From the NCBI GenBank assembly GCA_963798085.1, contig CAWCRS010000007.1, positions 384,001-448,000 on the forward strand: 64,000 nt of DNA, in the 5' to 3' direction. Shown here piece by piece: positions 42,120 through 51,301 of this stretch (position 1 is the first letter of the stretch; the number at the start of each line of letters is the position of its first letter). The notes under the pieces are model-generated. The model was not told the DNA's origin. It did no database searches and saw only the letters and a program-made list of their open reading frames with translations. A program made the position numbers and the translations under genes. Source of the DNA: an uncultured Gemmatimonadales bacterium (lineage in GTDB: Bacteria; Gemmatimonadota; Gemmatimonadetes; Longimicrobiales; RSA9).

Positions 42120-42272
42120 TCAGCGCGCGAACATCCGCGTGAACGTGCGGGACATCCATTGGACCGTCAGCCGCGTGACTCCTACCACCTTGCGCCAGAA
42201 CATCAGCAGCACACCGCCCACTGCGGCAAGCGCCGACGCCAGCGGCATGATGGTTTCCGGACCGATATACAT
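42120..42272 (-). CDS. 50 aa single-pass membrane microprotein starting MYIGP
   Basis: Strong AAGGAGG RBS 7 nt before ATG 42272; MYIGPETIMPLASALAAVGGVLLMFWRKVVGVTRLTVQWMSRTFTRMFAR (TM then basic amphipathic tail). Confidence 0.75.
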   Translation of the reverse strand: MYIGPETIMPLASALAAVGGVLLMFWRKVVGVTRLTVQWMSRTFTRMFAR

Positions 42273-42663
42273 GCCAAAACCTCCTTCCAGGGCCCACCGG
42301 CCACACCACCGTACTCCCGAAACCGGGAAGCGGCACCACGACCTTTGCCATTTCCGGACCAGCTTCCAATCCCCCCAACGGTACGCCTTCCACGCCCGCG
42401 ACGCGAGCGCCCGCCTGGCGCAGTGCGTTGCCTGACCGGCGCAACTGTCGCGGGAAAGCTGCGCTGATCTCCCGTTCGGCCTCCACACGGGATGCCCCAC
42501 CCATTCCAATGACCTCGGCCCGATCAGCGCGCCGCGTCCTGTTGTAGCGCCTGCGCGACAAACGTCGCGCGCAAGACTTGCGCTCCGCCAGATTAACCGC
42601 AGAATCGCAGCAGGCAACCGATCGCTCGAATCCACTCGGGCAACTGTTGAACAGGGAGTGAGG

Positions 42664-43359
42664 GTGGCGGAGGCAGAGACACAAGCGGGGCGGCGGGACT
42701 GGTTGCTCACGCTGCGGCAGTCTGCGCCGGTCGCATGGCGGGTGGCGCGCCGGCTGAAACCCACCCACGAGTTGCGCAGCCTGGAACAGCTGGACGACGA
42801 CTTCGTGCGCCGCGAGCACATCGCCGCTCTGCTGTGGGATGTGGACGGGACGCTCACCCATTATCATGCGCGGAAGCTGGCGCCCGAGGTGGAGGGCGCA
42901 GCCAGCCGCCTCTTTGCACTGCCCGGGTTGCGCCACGCAATCGTCTCCAATTGCGACGAGATCCGCTTCCAGCAACTGGGGGAAATGTTTCCTAATGTGC
43001 CGATCCTGAAACTGTACGACGACGGGGATCACCGGCTGGGACGCAGCCGGCTGCACGGAACGGATCACTGGACAGGCGACGCCGCTCTGACGGCGACCGG
43101 CGAGGAGCCACGATCGGCGGCGGGGCTGCGCCCGGTGCGCAAGCCAAGCGCCGAGCTGGTGCATTTCGCCCTGCGCGAACTGGAGGTGGAGCCATCGGCG
43201 GCCGTCATGGTGGGCGACCAGTACTGGACCGACGTGGCGGGGGCAAATCTGGCCGGTGTGCGCTCGGTCCGCATTCGCACCGTGGGCCGTCGGACGTTCC
43301 CTCGACCGCTGCGCTGGCTCCAGCGGGTCGAAGAGGGGCTGCGGCATGTCCTCGCGTGA
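42664..43359 (+). CDS. HAD family phosphatase, YqeG/HAD-IIIA-like
   Basis: LLWDVDGTLT, IVSN, RKPS and MVGDQYWTDVAGANLAG; GTG at 42664 or 42658. Confidence 0.85.
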   Translation: MAEAETQAGRRDWLLTLRQSAPVAWRVARRLKPTHELRSLEQLDDDFVRREHIAALLWDVDGTLTHYHARKLAPEVEGAASRLFALPGLRHAIVSNCDEIRFQQLGEMFPNVPILKLYDDGDHRLGRSRLHGTDHWTGDAALTATGEEPRSAAGLRPVRKPSAELVHFALRELEVEPSAAVMVGDQYWTDVAGANLAGVRSVRIRTVGRRTFPRPLRWLQRVEEGLRHVLA

Positions 43360-43409
43360 TGCACGGTTCCGACACCTGCCGGTTGTTCCGCTGGCCGGAT
43401 GCCGGGGTG

Positions 43410-43426
43410 CGGCGCGCAATGTGCAA
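43410..43426 (+). promoter_or_regulatory. Possible sigma54 -24/-12 element
   Basis: CGGCGCG-CAAT-GTGCAA (GG-N10-GC), 55 nt upstream of the deacetylase ATG. Confidence 0.3.
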
Positions 43427-43480
43427 TAGCCCGGCTCGTCAGCGCCATCGGATTGCTGTCCGCGAAGGTGTTGCAGGCGC

Positions 43481-44224
43481 ATGAAAGCTGTGCTGACCTA
43501 CCATTCGGTGGATCGCTCGGGATCGGTGATCTCGGTCGAGCCGGAGACGTTCCGGCGCCACATGGAGTGGTTGGCGAAGAGCGGAATCGAGGTGTTGAGC
43601 CTCGAGTCGCTCGTCGGATCGCCGCCGGACAGGGATGCGCTGGCCATCACGTTCGATGACGGCTTCACGAATTTCGCGAAGCATGCCTGGCCTGTCCTCG
43701 AGAGTCTGCGTCTGCCGGCAACGCTGTTCGTCGCCACGGCACATGTGGGCGCCACGAATGCCTGGGAGGCGGGCGGAAGTGGCATCCCCGTCCAGCCACT
43801 GCTGGGCTGGGAGGAGCTGAGGGAGCTGGTCGCGTCAGGTCTGCGTCTGGGCTCGCACAGCGAGTCGCACGCGGATCTGCGCAGGCTCGGGCCGGCGCTG
43901 CTGATGCAGGAACTGGAAGCGTCCGCAGTGTGCATACGGAGGGAGACGGGAGTCGAGGCGACGGCGTTCGCCTATCCGTACGGCGCGCTGAATGACGTCG
44001 TCGTGCAGGCGGTGCATGCACGGTACCAACTGGCTGTTACCACGGAGTTCCGGTTGCTGCACGAGACCGAAGATGCGGCGAGGCTGCCTCGCCTGGACAC
44101 ATACTATTTCCGCAGCCCGGGACGGCTCGAGCAATGGGGCACACCAGCGTTCCGGCGGTTCATCGCGCTGCGTGGGAGACTTCGGCGCGCGCGCAGCATT
44201 CTACGCGAGGGGTTGAAGCGTTGA
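43481..44224 (+). CDS. Polysaccharide deacetylase (CE4/NodB domain)
   Basis: LTYHSV, ITFDDGF, ATLFV, GSHSESH, FAYPYG and LPRL. Confidence 0.92.
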   Translation: MKAVLTYHSVDRSGSVISVEPETFRRHMEWLAKSGIEVLSLESLVGSPPDRDALAITFDDGFTNFAKHAWPVLESLRLPATLFVATAHVGATNAWEAGGSGIPVQPLLGWEELRELVASGLRLGSHSESHADLRRLGPALLMQELEASAVCIRRETGVEATAFAYPYGALNDVVVQAVHARYQLAVTTEFRLLHETEDAARLPRLDTYYFRSPGRLEQWGTPAFRRFIALRGRLRRARSILREGLKR

Positions 44225-45408
44225 GCGTGACGAGACCGCGGTTGTCGGTGGTGGTTCCGGCACATCAGGGCGCGCAGGTGCTGCCGCTCTCGCTGTCGGC
44301 GCTGTTCCGCAGTGATCTGCCCAGAGAAATGTGGGAGCTGATCGTCGTCGACGACGCCAGCACCAATGAAACCGCGCTGGTTGCGGCGCGCTTCGCCGAT
44401 ACGGTGGTGCGCCTGCCGGGCCAGCCGGGCGGGCCCGCATATGCCCGTAACCGCGGATTCGAAGCGAGTCGCGGCGACATTGTCGCCTTCGTCAATGCGG
44501 ACGTGTGTGTGCACCGGGACACGCTGCGACGCATGGTTGCGCTGCTCGACCAGAACAGCGAGCTGAGCGCGGTATTCGGATCCTACGACTCGACGCCCAG
44601 CCACCCCACGCTGGTGTCCGAGTTCCGCAATCTGCTGCACCATTTCGTGCACCAGCGCGATGCCGGTGACGCGGAGACGTTCTGGGCCGGCTGTGGCGCC
44701 ATTCGCGCCAATGTCTTCCGTGAAGTGGGCATGTTCGACGAATGGCACTATCCGCGGCCGCAGATCGAGGACATCGAGCTGGGTCGCCGCATGCGCCTGC
44801 ACGGTCATCGCATCATGCTGCGCCCCGAGATCCAGGGCACGCACCTCAAGCGCTGGACGCTCAAGGACGTGATGACCACGGATTTCAAGCACCGCGGCGT
44901 TCCCTGGACGCGGCTGCTGCTGCAGGAGGGACCGGGTGGCTCGGTCAACGTGCTGAACATTCGTTCGTCGGAGAAGGTGTGCACCGCGCTGGCCGGCATG
45001 GTCTGGGTCTCACTGCTGAGTGCGCTGGTGCTGGCGAGCTGGTGGCCGCTGCTGGCACTGCCCGTGATCGCCACACTGATTGCCTTCCTCAACCGGCCGT
45101 TCTACCGGTTCATTGCCCGGGAGCGCGGTCTGCGGCTGATACCGGCGATGCTGCCGCTGCACATCATGTACTACGCCACCAACGTGATCTCCGTGATGAT
45201 TGGCTGGGTGCTGCACATCCTGCTGGGTGAGCCGCAGGCGCCGGTCAACGTGGTGGCGGGCGTGGGCATGGACTTCAAGACCTGGCCTCCGCGCCCATCG
45301 CGGCCCCGGTCCGGTGTGTGGAGCCACGTTCAGCACGAAGCAAAGCCGGACGCGACGGCGGCCCCCGGCCACATTCGCAGCGCGGTCGCGGTTCAGCCTC
45401 AGGCGTGA
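44221..45408 (+). CDS. Glycosyltransferase family 2 with C-terminal TM segments
   Basis: LSVVVPAH, VVDDAST, GPAYARNRG, FVNADV, FDE and EDIELG; TTGA overlap. Confidence 0.88.
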   Translation: MSVTRPRLSVVVPAHQGAQVLPLSLSALFRSDLPREMWELIVVDDASTNETALVAARFADTVVRLPGQPGGPAYARNRGFEASRGDIVAFVNADVCVHRDTLRRMVALLDQNSELSAVFGSYDSTPSHPTLVSEFRNLLHHFVHQRDAGDAETFWAGCGAIRANVFREVGMFDEWHYPRPQIEDIELGRRMRLHGHRIMLRPEIQGTHLKRWTLKDVMTTDFKHRGVPWTRLLLQEGPGGSVNVLNIRSSEKVCTALAGMVWVSLLSALVLASWWPLLALPVIATLIAFLNRPFYRFIARERGLRLIPAMLPLHIMYYATNVISVMIGWVLHILLGEPQAPVNVVAGVGMDFKTWPPRPSRPRSGVWSHVQHEAKPDATAAPGHIRSAVAVQPQA

Positions 45409-45457
45409 ACCGAACCCGTCCCGCCCGTCGCGGCACCGAACAGCGAGAACGCATCCC

Positions 45458-48400
45458 ATGAAGGCAGTTCTATCCATCCCGTGCGCACTGCGCAGGGCGT
45501 TTTCTCCTGACATTTGGTTAGTGCTGACTGCTGTCCTGCTGCTCTCCGCACCGGCCCTGCCGGCCGCGGCGCAGACGCTGTCGGCGGGTGTGCTGCAGGG
45601 CACCGTGCTCGACTCGCTGGGCGCGCCCCTCTACAACGTCACCGTGACCATCACCAGCCGGTCCAACGGACAGCGCTCCACCGTGCGCACCGACCACGAG
45701 GGACTCTACGCCAGCGAGCTGCTCACTCCGGGTCATTACGACGCACTGTTCGAGCGCCTCGGCTTTGTGCCGGAGCGTGTCGAGGACGTGCTGGTCGTGG
45801 CCGGCGGCAGGCGCAACCTGGGCGTCACGCTGAACCTGGCGCACGGCCCGGTGCAGAGCCGGCGCACGCGGGCGCCTAACGCACTGTTGTCGCTCTCCGG
45901 CCCATCGGCGCCCGACCACTGGCTGGTGAGCGGCGCGAATATCGCCGCCATGCCCTTCGACGGCCTGGGCCTCAATGGTCTCTTCCACACCGCCAGCCTG
46001 GCGGGGGCGCATCACGATGTGGCGGGTCTGCCCGGATCCATGTCCGGCCTCGTCGTCGACGGCGTGCCCCTGGTCCAGCGCGGCCGCCGCTTCGAGCAGT
46101 TCATGCACCAGGCGAGTCTGCCGCTGGCATGGCTCGGTCAGGTGGGCCTGGAGATCAACAACGCGGACGTCGAATACCCGGGTGCCGCCGGCGGCTATAT
46201 CATCGGCCATTCGCGGCGCGGCGGCCGGGAAGCGGGACTGAGCGCCTTCGGTGATTACGCGGGCAGCTCGCTCGTGTCGGGAGCCGCGGACCTGCCCAGC
46301 TTCACCGGCTATCGCGCCGGCGGGTTGCTGGAGGGACCGATCGTACGGGACACAGCGAGCTTCGTTGCGGGTGGCGAAGTGCTGCGTTCGCGAACGCCGT
46401 TCAATGCCTTCTGGACGGCTGATGCGCAGAGTGCGATGGCGGCGAAAGCCGCCCTCGATCACTCCAGTATCGCGCTGACCCGCTACACGCAGCCGGATGC
46501 GGCGGTGCTCGACCGCGAGTCCGTCTTCGGCCGCATGGATCTGCGGCTGGGTGATAACACCACCATCAGCGGGCGTGGCTTTTTCGCGCAGACTCCCGAG
46601 CCCGAGCCGGTGGCGCCATGGACGGAAACGGCGCTGCGCTCGCCCATCACGGGCCGGCAGCGCGAAATCCTGGGAACCGCGACCCTGGTGACCCGGCTGG
46701 AAGACCGCTACACGGGCGAGCTGTCAGCGGGGTTCGAATCGTCGCACAACGGGCAGCGCCCTTCGGCCGACCGCCACAATGCGCTCCCCGCCACCACCAT
46801 CGTGTCCGCGGGACGCAGCTTCGGCTCCTCCGATAACGCGGACTTCGACGCGCAGCTGTCATCGCTCTACGTACGCGGTATGCTGCACATCCGTTCGGGC
46901 GCGCACTGGCGCAAGATCGGTATCAGCGCATCGCTCCCGAGCTATCACGTTCCGGATGTCGTCGACCGCGCCGGTGAATTCACCTTTGCCGATACCGCCG
47001 ACCTGGCGTCCGGCTTCGGCTATTTCCGCCGCGTCAATGGCGCGGTCAATCGCGCTGACTTCAAGATGCGCCGCGTGGGCATCATGGCGCAGGATGTCTG
47101 GCGTCCCAATCCCGGGCTGGAGGTGCTGGCGGCGGGACGCATCACGTCGTTCCGCCTGCCCGACTCCTCGAACATTGATCCATCGCCGGAGTGGTCCCGC
47201 CTGGCGGCCATGAGCAACCGCTCGACAGGCGGGCGGCAGGTCGAATTCGAGCCGCGCTTCGTCATCACGCTCACGCCGGGGGGGCGCGAGGACTGGCAAA
47301 TGCGCACGGGTGTCATGGTGGACGCGGACATGCCGGACCCCGCGTATGTGGCCGAAGTGGTGAGCAATCACGGCACCGCAACGTCGCGCGTGGGCTACGG
47401 CTCGCTGGGTGTCTGGCCCAAACTGCCTGTTACGGCGGCAGCGCCCATCAATGGCTTCGTCCTGTCCGTCATCGGACCGAAATACCAGGGTCCGCGCACC
47501 ACGCGTGCCTTCGGCTCGCTGACGCGGCTGTTCGGCGCGCAGGGCGGACTCACAGTCGAGTTCGACTATCGACGCACCGAGTTCCTGCCCGAGCGCATCG
47601 ACCTCAATCTCACGCCATCGGTGACCGGCCACGATCAGTTCGGCCGCCCGCTGTTCGGCCAGCTGGACAAGCGCGGCGCCATGCTCACGGCCAGCCGCGG
47701 CTCCAACCGTCGCTTCGACACGTTCGACCAGGTGTGGGGCATTCAGTCGACGGCGGAATCGCGCTACACCGGATTCACGGTGATCCTGGAGCGACCGCTG
47801 AATGGCGCGCTCGCACTCTATGGCAGCTACACGTACTCGCGGACGAATGATAACTGGCTGTCAGGTGCGCCCGGCGACCCGTACTCCCAGCTGACTCCCT
47901 TCCCGGACAGTGCGCTGGAGACCGACTGGAAGGATGGCCGGTCGGATTTCGACGTGCCGAACCGGGCCACGCTGGGCGCCGAGCTGCACCTGCCGGGCGC
48001 ACTCTCGCCTTCCGTCGCCGCGCTGTTCCGTTATCAGTCGGGATACCCGTTCACGCCGGGATTCCGGCCGGGAGTGGATGCCAACGGCGACGGCTCTTCC
48101 AGCAACGATCCCGCGTTCATTGACGGGTCGGTCAGCGGCATGTCGGAGCTGCTGGCGAAGTGGCCCTGTCTGCAGGCAGACCAGGGCACGTACGCGACGC
48201 GCAACAGCTGTCGCACGCCCAACCTGTTGAGCCTGGACGGCAGGTTTTCCATGACCTTCCACAGCACGGCGAGGTATGCGGCTTCGCTGGTCGTGGATGC
48301 GCTGCACCTGATCGCGACGAAGGACGGGGAGCCGGATCGCGCCGTCTACCTGCTGGATCCGGCGGCAAATCTCAGCGTCGATGGCTCCGGCAACGTCACT

Positions 48401-48493
48401 GTCCCGCTCGTGGCCAATCCTGATTTCGGGCAGCTGGTGACACGTTTTACTGCGGAGCGGCAACTGCGACTCGGTCTGCGGGTGAGCTTCTGA
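45458..48493 (+). CDS. TonB-dependent receptor-like outer membrane protein (carboxypeptidase-regulatory N-domain, Oar-like)
   Basis: Signal peptide, LQGTVLDSLGAPL..VTVTIT, RTD.EG.Y...LTPGHY, GPIVRD, QDVWR, SYTYSR and terminal RQLRLGLRVSF beta-signal; ATG at 45458. Confidence 0.85.
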   Translation: MKAVLSIPCALRRAFSPDIWLVLTAVLLLSAPALPAAAQTLSAGVLQGTVLDSLGAPLYNVTVTITSRSNGQRSTVRTDHEGLYASELLTPGHYDALFERLGFVPERVEDVLVVAGGRRNLGVTLNLAHGPVQSRRTRAPNALLSLSGPSAPDHWLVSGANIAAMPFDGLGLNGLFHTASLAGAHHDVAGLPGSMSGLVVDGVPLVQRGRRFEQFMHQASLPLAWLGQVGLEINNADVEYPGAAGGYIIGHSRRGGREAGLSAFGDYAGSSLVSGAADLPSFTGYRAGGLLEGPIVRDTASFVAGGEVLRSRTPFNAFWTADAQSAMAAKAALDHSSIALTRYTQPDAAVLDRESVFGRMDLRLGDNTTISGRGFFAQTPEPEPVAPWTETALRSPITGRQREILGTATLVTRLEDRYTGELSAGFESSHNGQRPSADRHNALPATTIVSAGRSFGSSDNADFDAQLSSLYVRGMLHIRSGAHWRKIGISASLPSYHVPDVVDRAGEFTFADTADLASGFGYFRRVNGAVNRADFKMRRVGIMAQDVWRPNPGLEVLAAGRITSFRLPDSSNIDPSPEWSRLAAMSNRSTGGRQVEFEPRFVITLTPGGREDWQMRTGVMVDADMPDPAYVAEVVSNHGTATSRVGYGSLGVWPKLPVTAAAPINGFVLSVIGPKYQGPRTTRAFGSLTRLFGAQGGLTVEFDYRRTEFLPERIDLNLTPSVTGHDQFGRPLFGQLDKRGAMLTASRGSNRRFDTFDQVWGIQSTAESRYTGFTVILERPLNGALALYGSYTYSRTNDNWLSGAPGDPYSQLTPFPDSALETDWKDGRSDFDVPNRATLGAELHLPGALSPSVAALFRYQSGYPFTPGFRPGVDANGDGSSSNDPAFIDGSVSGMSELLAKWPCLQADQGTYATRNSCRTPNLLSLDGRFSMTFHSTARYAASLVVDALHLIATKDGEPDRAVYLLDPAANLSVDGSGNVTVPLVANPDFGQLVTRFTAERQLRLGLRVSF

Positions 48494-49494
48494 TGATGCG
48501 CTGCAAGGTTTCTCTCCGGACGGTGCTGTCGCGGGCCTGCCTGCTGACCACGATCGTGGCCGGCGCCTGCACTTCGACGGCTTCTGATCATTTGTTGTCG
48601 CTCAATGCGCAGGGTCTCGTGTTCATCCAGCTGTATCGCGACGACAATCGCAATCTCGTGTTCAACCCGGGCGTCGACTCCGTTGTGCGGCGCGCCGTCG
48701 TCAGTCTGCGGATGCGTGGCGCCCTGGACACACTGGCCGGGGCCCCTACCGACTCGGCGGGACACCAGGTGTTCCGCGTCCCCGTGGGCCGCTACAGCGT
48801 GGTGGTGGATAGTGCCGTGTTAAGTGATTCCCTGGAGGTGGTGTCGGGGAGCGGCGAATTCACTCTGGGTGCGGACGACAGCATCTTCGTCGCCCTGGGT
48901 CTCGGCTTCCATACGATTTCCATCGCGGAAGCGAGGGCATTGCCCCTCGGCAAGAAGGCGTGGGTGCACGGCATTGTCATGAACCAGCCCGGCACGTTCG
49001 GCGACAGCACCATGCATCTCCTGGAGGACAGCGTGGGCATCCGCTTCACCTCCGTGCGTCCCAATCTGAGCGCGTTGCCCGGCGACAGCGGCGCCTTCTT
49101 CGGCCGGCGCGCCGTGCGCGACGGACAGCCGGTGATGCAGTGGGTGATCACGCCCTCGCTCACCATCTTTCCGACGAATCCGCTGCCGCCCGACTCCATC
49201 ACATCGGCGGCCGCCCTCACGGCGGATGGGGGCAAGCGCGATGCCCGCCTGGTGAAGATTACCGGCGCGACCATCTCCGACACGACTACGACCGCGGGCA
49301 ACAAGGTCCTTACCGTCAGCGACGGATCGGGATCTGTCAGCGTCGTGCTCTCGCAAAGCATCGCTTTCACACTCACGCTGTACAAACCCAACGTGTACCT
49401 CGACGTCATTGGGCTGCTCGCGCCCGACCCCGCGAATCCCGGGACGTGGTATATCCGGCCACGGGGAAGGACGGATCTGGTAATCCGACCGTAG
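48493..49494 (+). CDS. Lipoprotein with prealbumin/SdrD-B-like domain and probable OB-fold domains
   Basis: Lipobox AGAC, YRDDNRN..FNPG.D, TDSAG, TISIAEAR and terminal IRPRGRTDL; coupled to the receptor stop codon. Confidence 0.7.
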   Translation: MMRCKVSLRTVLSRACLLTTIVAGACTSTASDHLLSLNAQGLVFIQLYRDDNRNLVFNPGVDSVVRRAVVSLRMRGALDTLAGAPTDSAGHQVFRVPVGRYSVVVDSAVLSDSLEVVSGSGEFTLGADDSIFVALGLGFHTISIAEARALPLGKKAWVHGIVMNQPGTFGDSTMHLLEDSVGIRFTSVRPNLSALPGDSGAFFGRRAVRDGQPVMQWVITPSLTIFPTNPLPPDSITSAAALTADGGKRDARLVKITGATISDTTTTAGNKVLTVSDGSGSVSVVLSQSIAFTLTLYKPNVYLDVIGLLAPDPANPGTWYIRPRGRTDLVIRP

Positions 49495-49517
49495 CCCGCC
49501 ATTATTCAAGATGACAT

Positions 49518-49548
49518 CGGGCGCCGTCTGCATCGCAGGCGGCGCCCG
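49518..49548 (+). terminator. 14 bp hairpin, possible terminator without U-tract
   Basis: CGGGCGCCGTCTGC-ATC-GCAGGCGGCGCCCG (one G-U pair), 23 nt after the lipoprotein stop. Confidence 0.4.
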
Positions 49549-49577
49549 CACTGATGCCCAGCTCCGGACACAAATCC

Positions 49578-49901
49578 ATGCTGCGTCCGCTCATCCTGTT
49601 GTCGATGCTGTGCGCCGCGTGCGCGCCGCCTGTCGGTGACACCGCCGTGCGCCCTCCCGGTCAGCTGGATCCGGCCGTGGTTGCACTCGTCGACAGCGCG
49701 GCCGATGCCTATCGTGCGGGTGACTACCAGGAGGCGCGTGATCGCTTTCACATTGCGGCCCAGCGGGACACGTCTTTGGCGGCGTCCTGGTTTGGCCTTT
49801 TCATGACGGAACGCGCGCTGGGGAATCGCGAAGCTGCGGACAGCGCTTTGCGTCGGGCGCGTCGCCTGGCCGATGCGCCAGGCCGCGGTCGGGCTCCCTG
49901 A
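49578..49901 (+). CDS. Small TPR-like lipoprotein
   Basis: Lipobox CAAC; AYRAGDYQEARDRF and ASWFGL...ALGNREAA TPR-like helices. Confidence 0.7.
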   Translation: MLRPLILLSMLCAACAPPVGDTAVRPPGQLDPAVVALVDSAADAYRAGDYQEARDRFHIAAQRDTSLAASWFGLFMTERALGNREAADSALRRARRLADAPGRGRAP

Positions 49902-49985
49902 TGAACGACCGCAACCTGCCCGGGTTTGCACCCGGAAGCGCAGTGCGCACAAGCTGCCCCGTATCGTGCGACTGAATCGCCCCCG

Positions 49986-51083
49986 ATGACACCGCAGTCG
50001 ATCGCGTTCTTCGCTGCGGGACTGATCCTGCTGCTGGTGGGCGCCGAACTGATGGTGCGCGGCGCATCCCGCCTGGCCGCGGCGTTCGGTGTTTCCGCGC
50101 TGGTCGTTGGATTGACCATCGTCGCCTACGGCACTGGATCGCCGGAGTTTGCCGTGGGCGTGCGGGCCGCGCTCGCGGGCGAGTCCGACCTCGCCGTGGG
50201 CAATGTGGTGGGCAGCAACATCTTCAACATCCTGTTCATCCTCGGGCTTTCCGCGCTGGTGCGTCCGCTCATCGTGCACGCGCAGCTCATCCGGCTCGAT
50301 GTTCCCGTGATGATCCTTGCCAGCGGGCTGCTCTACTTCCTCGCGCTGGACGGCCGCATCGATCGTCTCAATGGCGCACTGCTGCTATTCTGCATGATCG
50401 CGTACACCGGTCTGCAGATCCGCATCGGGACGCGACAGCGAGCCGCGCAGCGAGACCACAATGCGGCGCGTCGCAGACTCAGCGTGCCTCGCATCGCATG
50501 GCAGTGCTGCATGATCATCGCGGGGCTCGGGATGCTGGTAGTGGGCTCGGGCTGGCTGGTGGATGGTGCTGTGGAACTGGCGACGACGCTCGGCGTGGAT
50601 CAACTCGTGATCGGACTCACCATCGTGGCCGCCGGCACCTCGCTTCCGGAGGCCGCGACGTCGTTGATTGCAGGGCTGCGCGGCGAACGCGACATCGCAG
50701 TCGGCAATGTGGTGGGCAGCAACATCTCGAACATCTTCGGCGTGCTGGGCGCCGCAGCGCTGGTCTCACCGCACGGTCTCACAGTCGCGTTCAAGGCCGG
50801 CAATTTCGACATCCCGGTAATGGCGGTCGTGGCGGTCGGCTGCCTGCCGCTGTTCTTCGCACGCGGCCGCATCGGACGACCCGAGGGCTTCCTGCTGTTA
50901 GCCTACTGGGTGGGCTACACTGCGTATGTCGTGCACATGGCGACGCGCCATCCCAATGTGCTCGAGCTCCGGCATGGCATTACCGCGTTCGTGCTGCCGC
51001 TGGTGGCGCTCACGATGATCGTGGTGATGGCGCAGGGTCGCGACCGCCGCGGCGATAGCGAAAGTGATGACACGTCAGGGTGA
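49986..51083 (+). CDS. yrbG: Calcium/sodium antiporter, YrbG-like (CaCA family)
   Basis: Two alpha repeats, GTGSPE...GNVVGSNIFN and GTSLPE...GNVVGSNISN; ATG at 49986. Confidence 0.92.
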   Translation: MTPQSIAFFAAGLILLLVGAELMVRGASRLAAAFGVSALVVGLTIVAYGTGSPEFAVGVRAALAGESDLAVGNVVGSNIFNILFILGLSALVRPLIVHAQLIRLDVPVMILASGLLYFLALDGRIDRLNGALLLFCMIAYTGLQIRIGTRQRAAQRDHNAARRRLSVPRIAWQCCMIIAGLGMLVVGSGWLVDGAVELATTLGVDQLVIGLTIVAAGTSLPEAATSLIAGLRGERDIAVGNVVGSNISNIFGVLGAAALVSPHGLTVAFKAGNFDIPVMAVVAVGCLPLFFARGRIGRPEGFLLLAYWVGYTAYVVHMATRHPNVLELRHGITAFVLPLVALTMIVVMAQGRDRRGDSESDDTSG

Positions 51084-51284
51084 CCTTCCGTCGCGGTCAC
51101 GCACATCGACGGCCGCTGAGCGGTGGCAACCGGGACAGACCGCCCACACGCGTCTCCGCACGTAGGACACCTGGCGACTCGGCGGCACATCGCTGAGGGT
51201 CAATCGCGCTCCACAGGCAGGGCAGACCACCGCATCACGGTGTTCCCCCGCGGCGAGGTCCGCTGCCAGCCGGCGCCGCTGCAT
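51075..51284 (-). CDS. Small Zn-ribbon protein (about 69 aa)
   Basis: CPAC and CPGC pairs with a VSYVRRR motif between them; follows the upstream hypothetical gene by 17 nt. Confidence 0.6.
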   Translation of the reverse strand: MQRRRLAADLAAGEHRDAVVCPACGARLTLSDVPPSRQVSYVRRRVWAVCPGCHRSAAVDVRDRDGRSP

Positions 51285-51301
51285 GACGGTGTAACTCTCT
51301 G

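Noticed and set aside
40507..42435. Long antisense or alternate-frame ORFs (this one, 22488-24044, 27123-28775, 4326-6053 and similar)
   Set aside because: They are Arg/Ala/His-rich shadow frames of real genes, expected in high-GC DNA, with no motifs.
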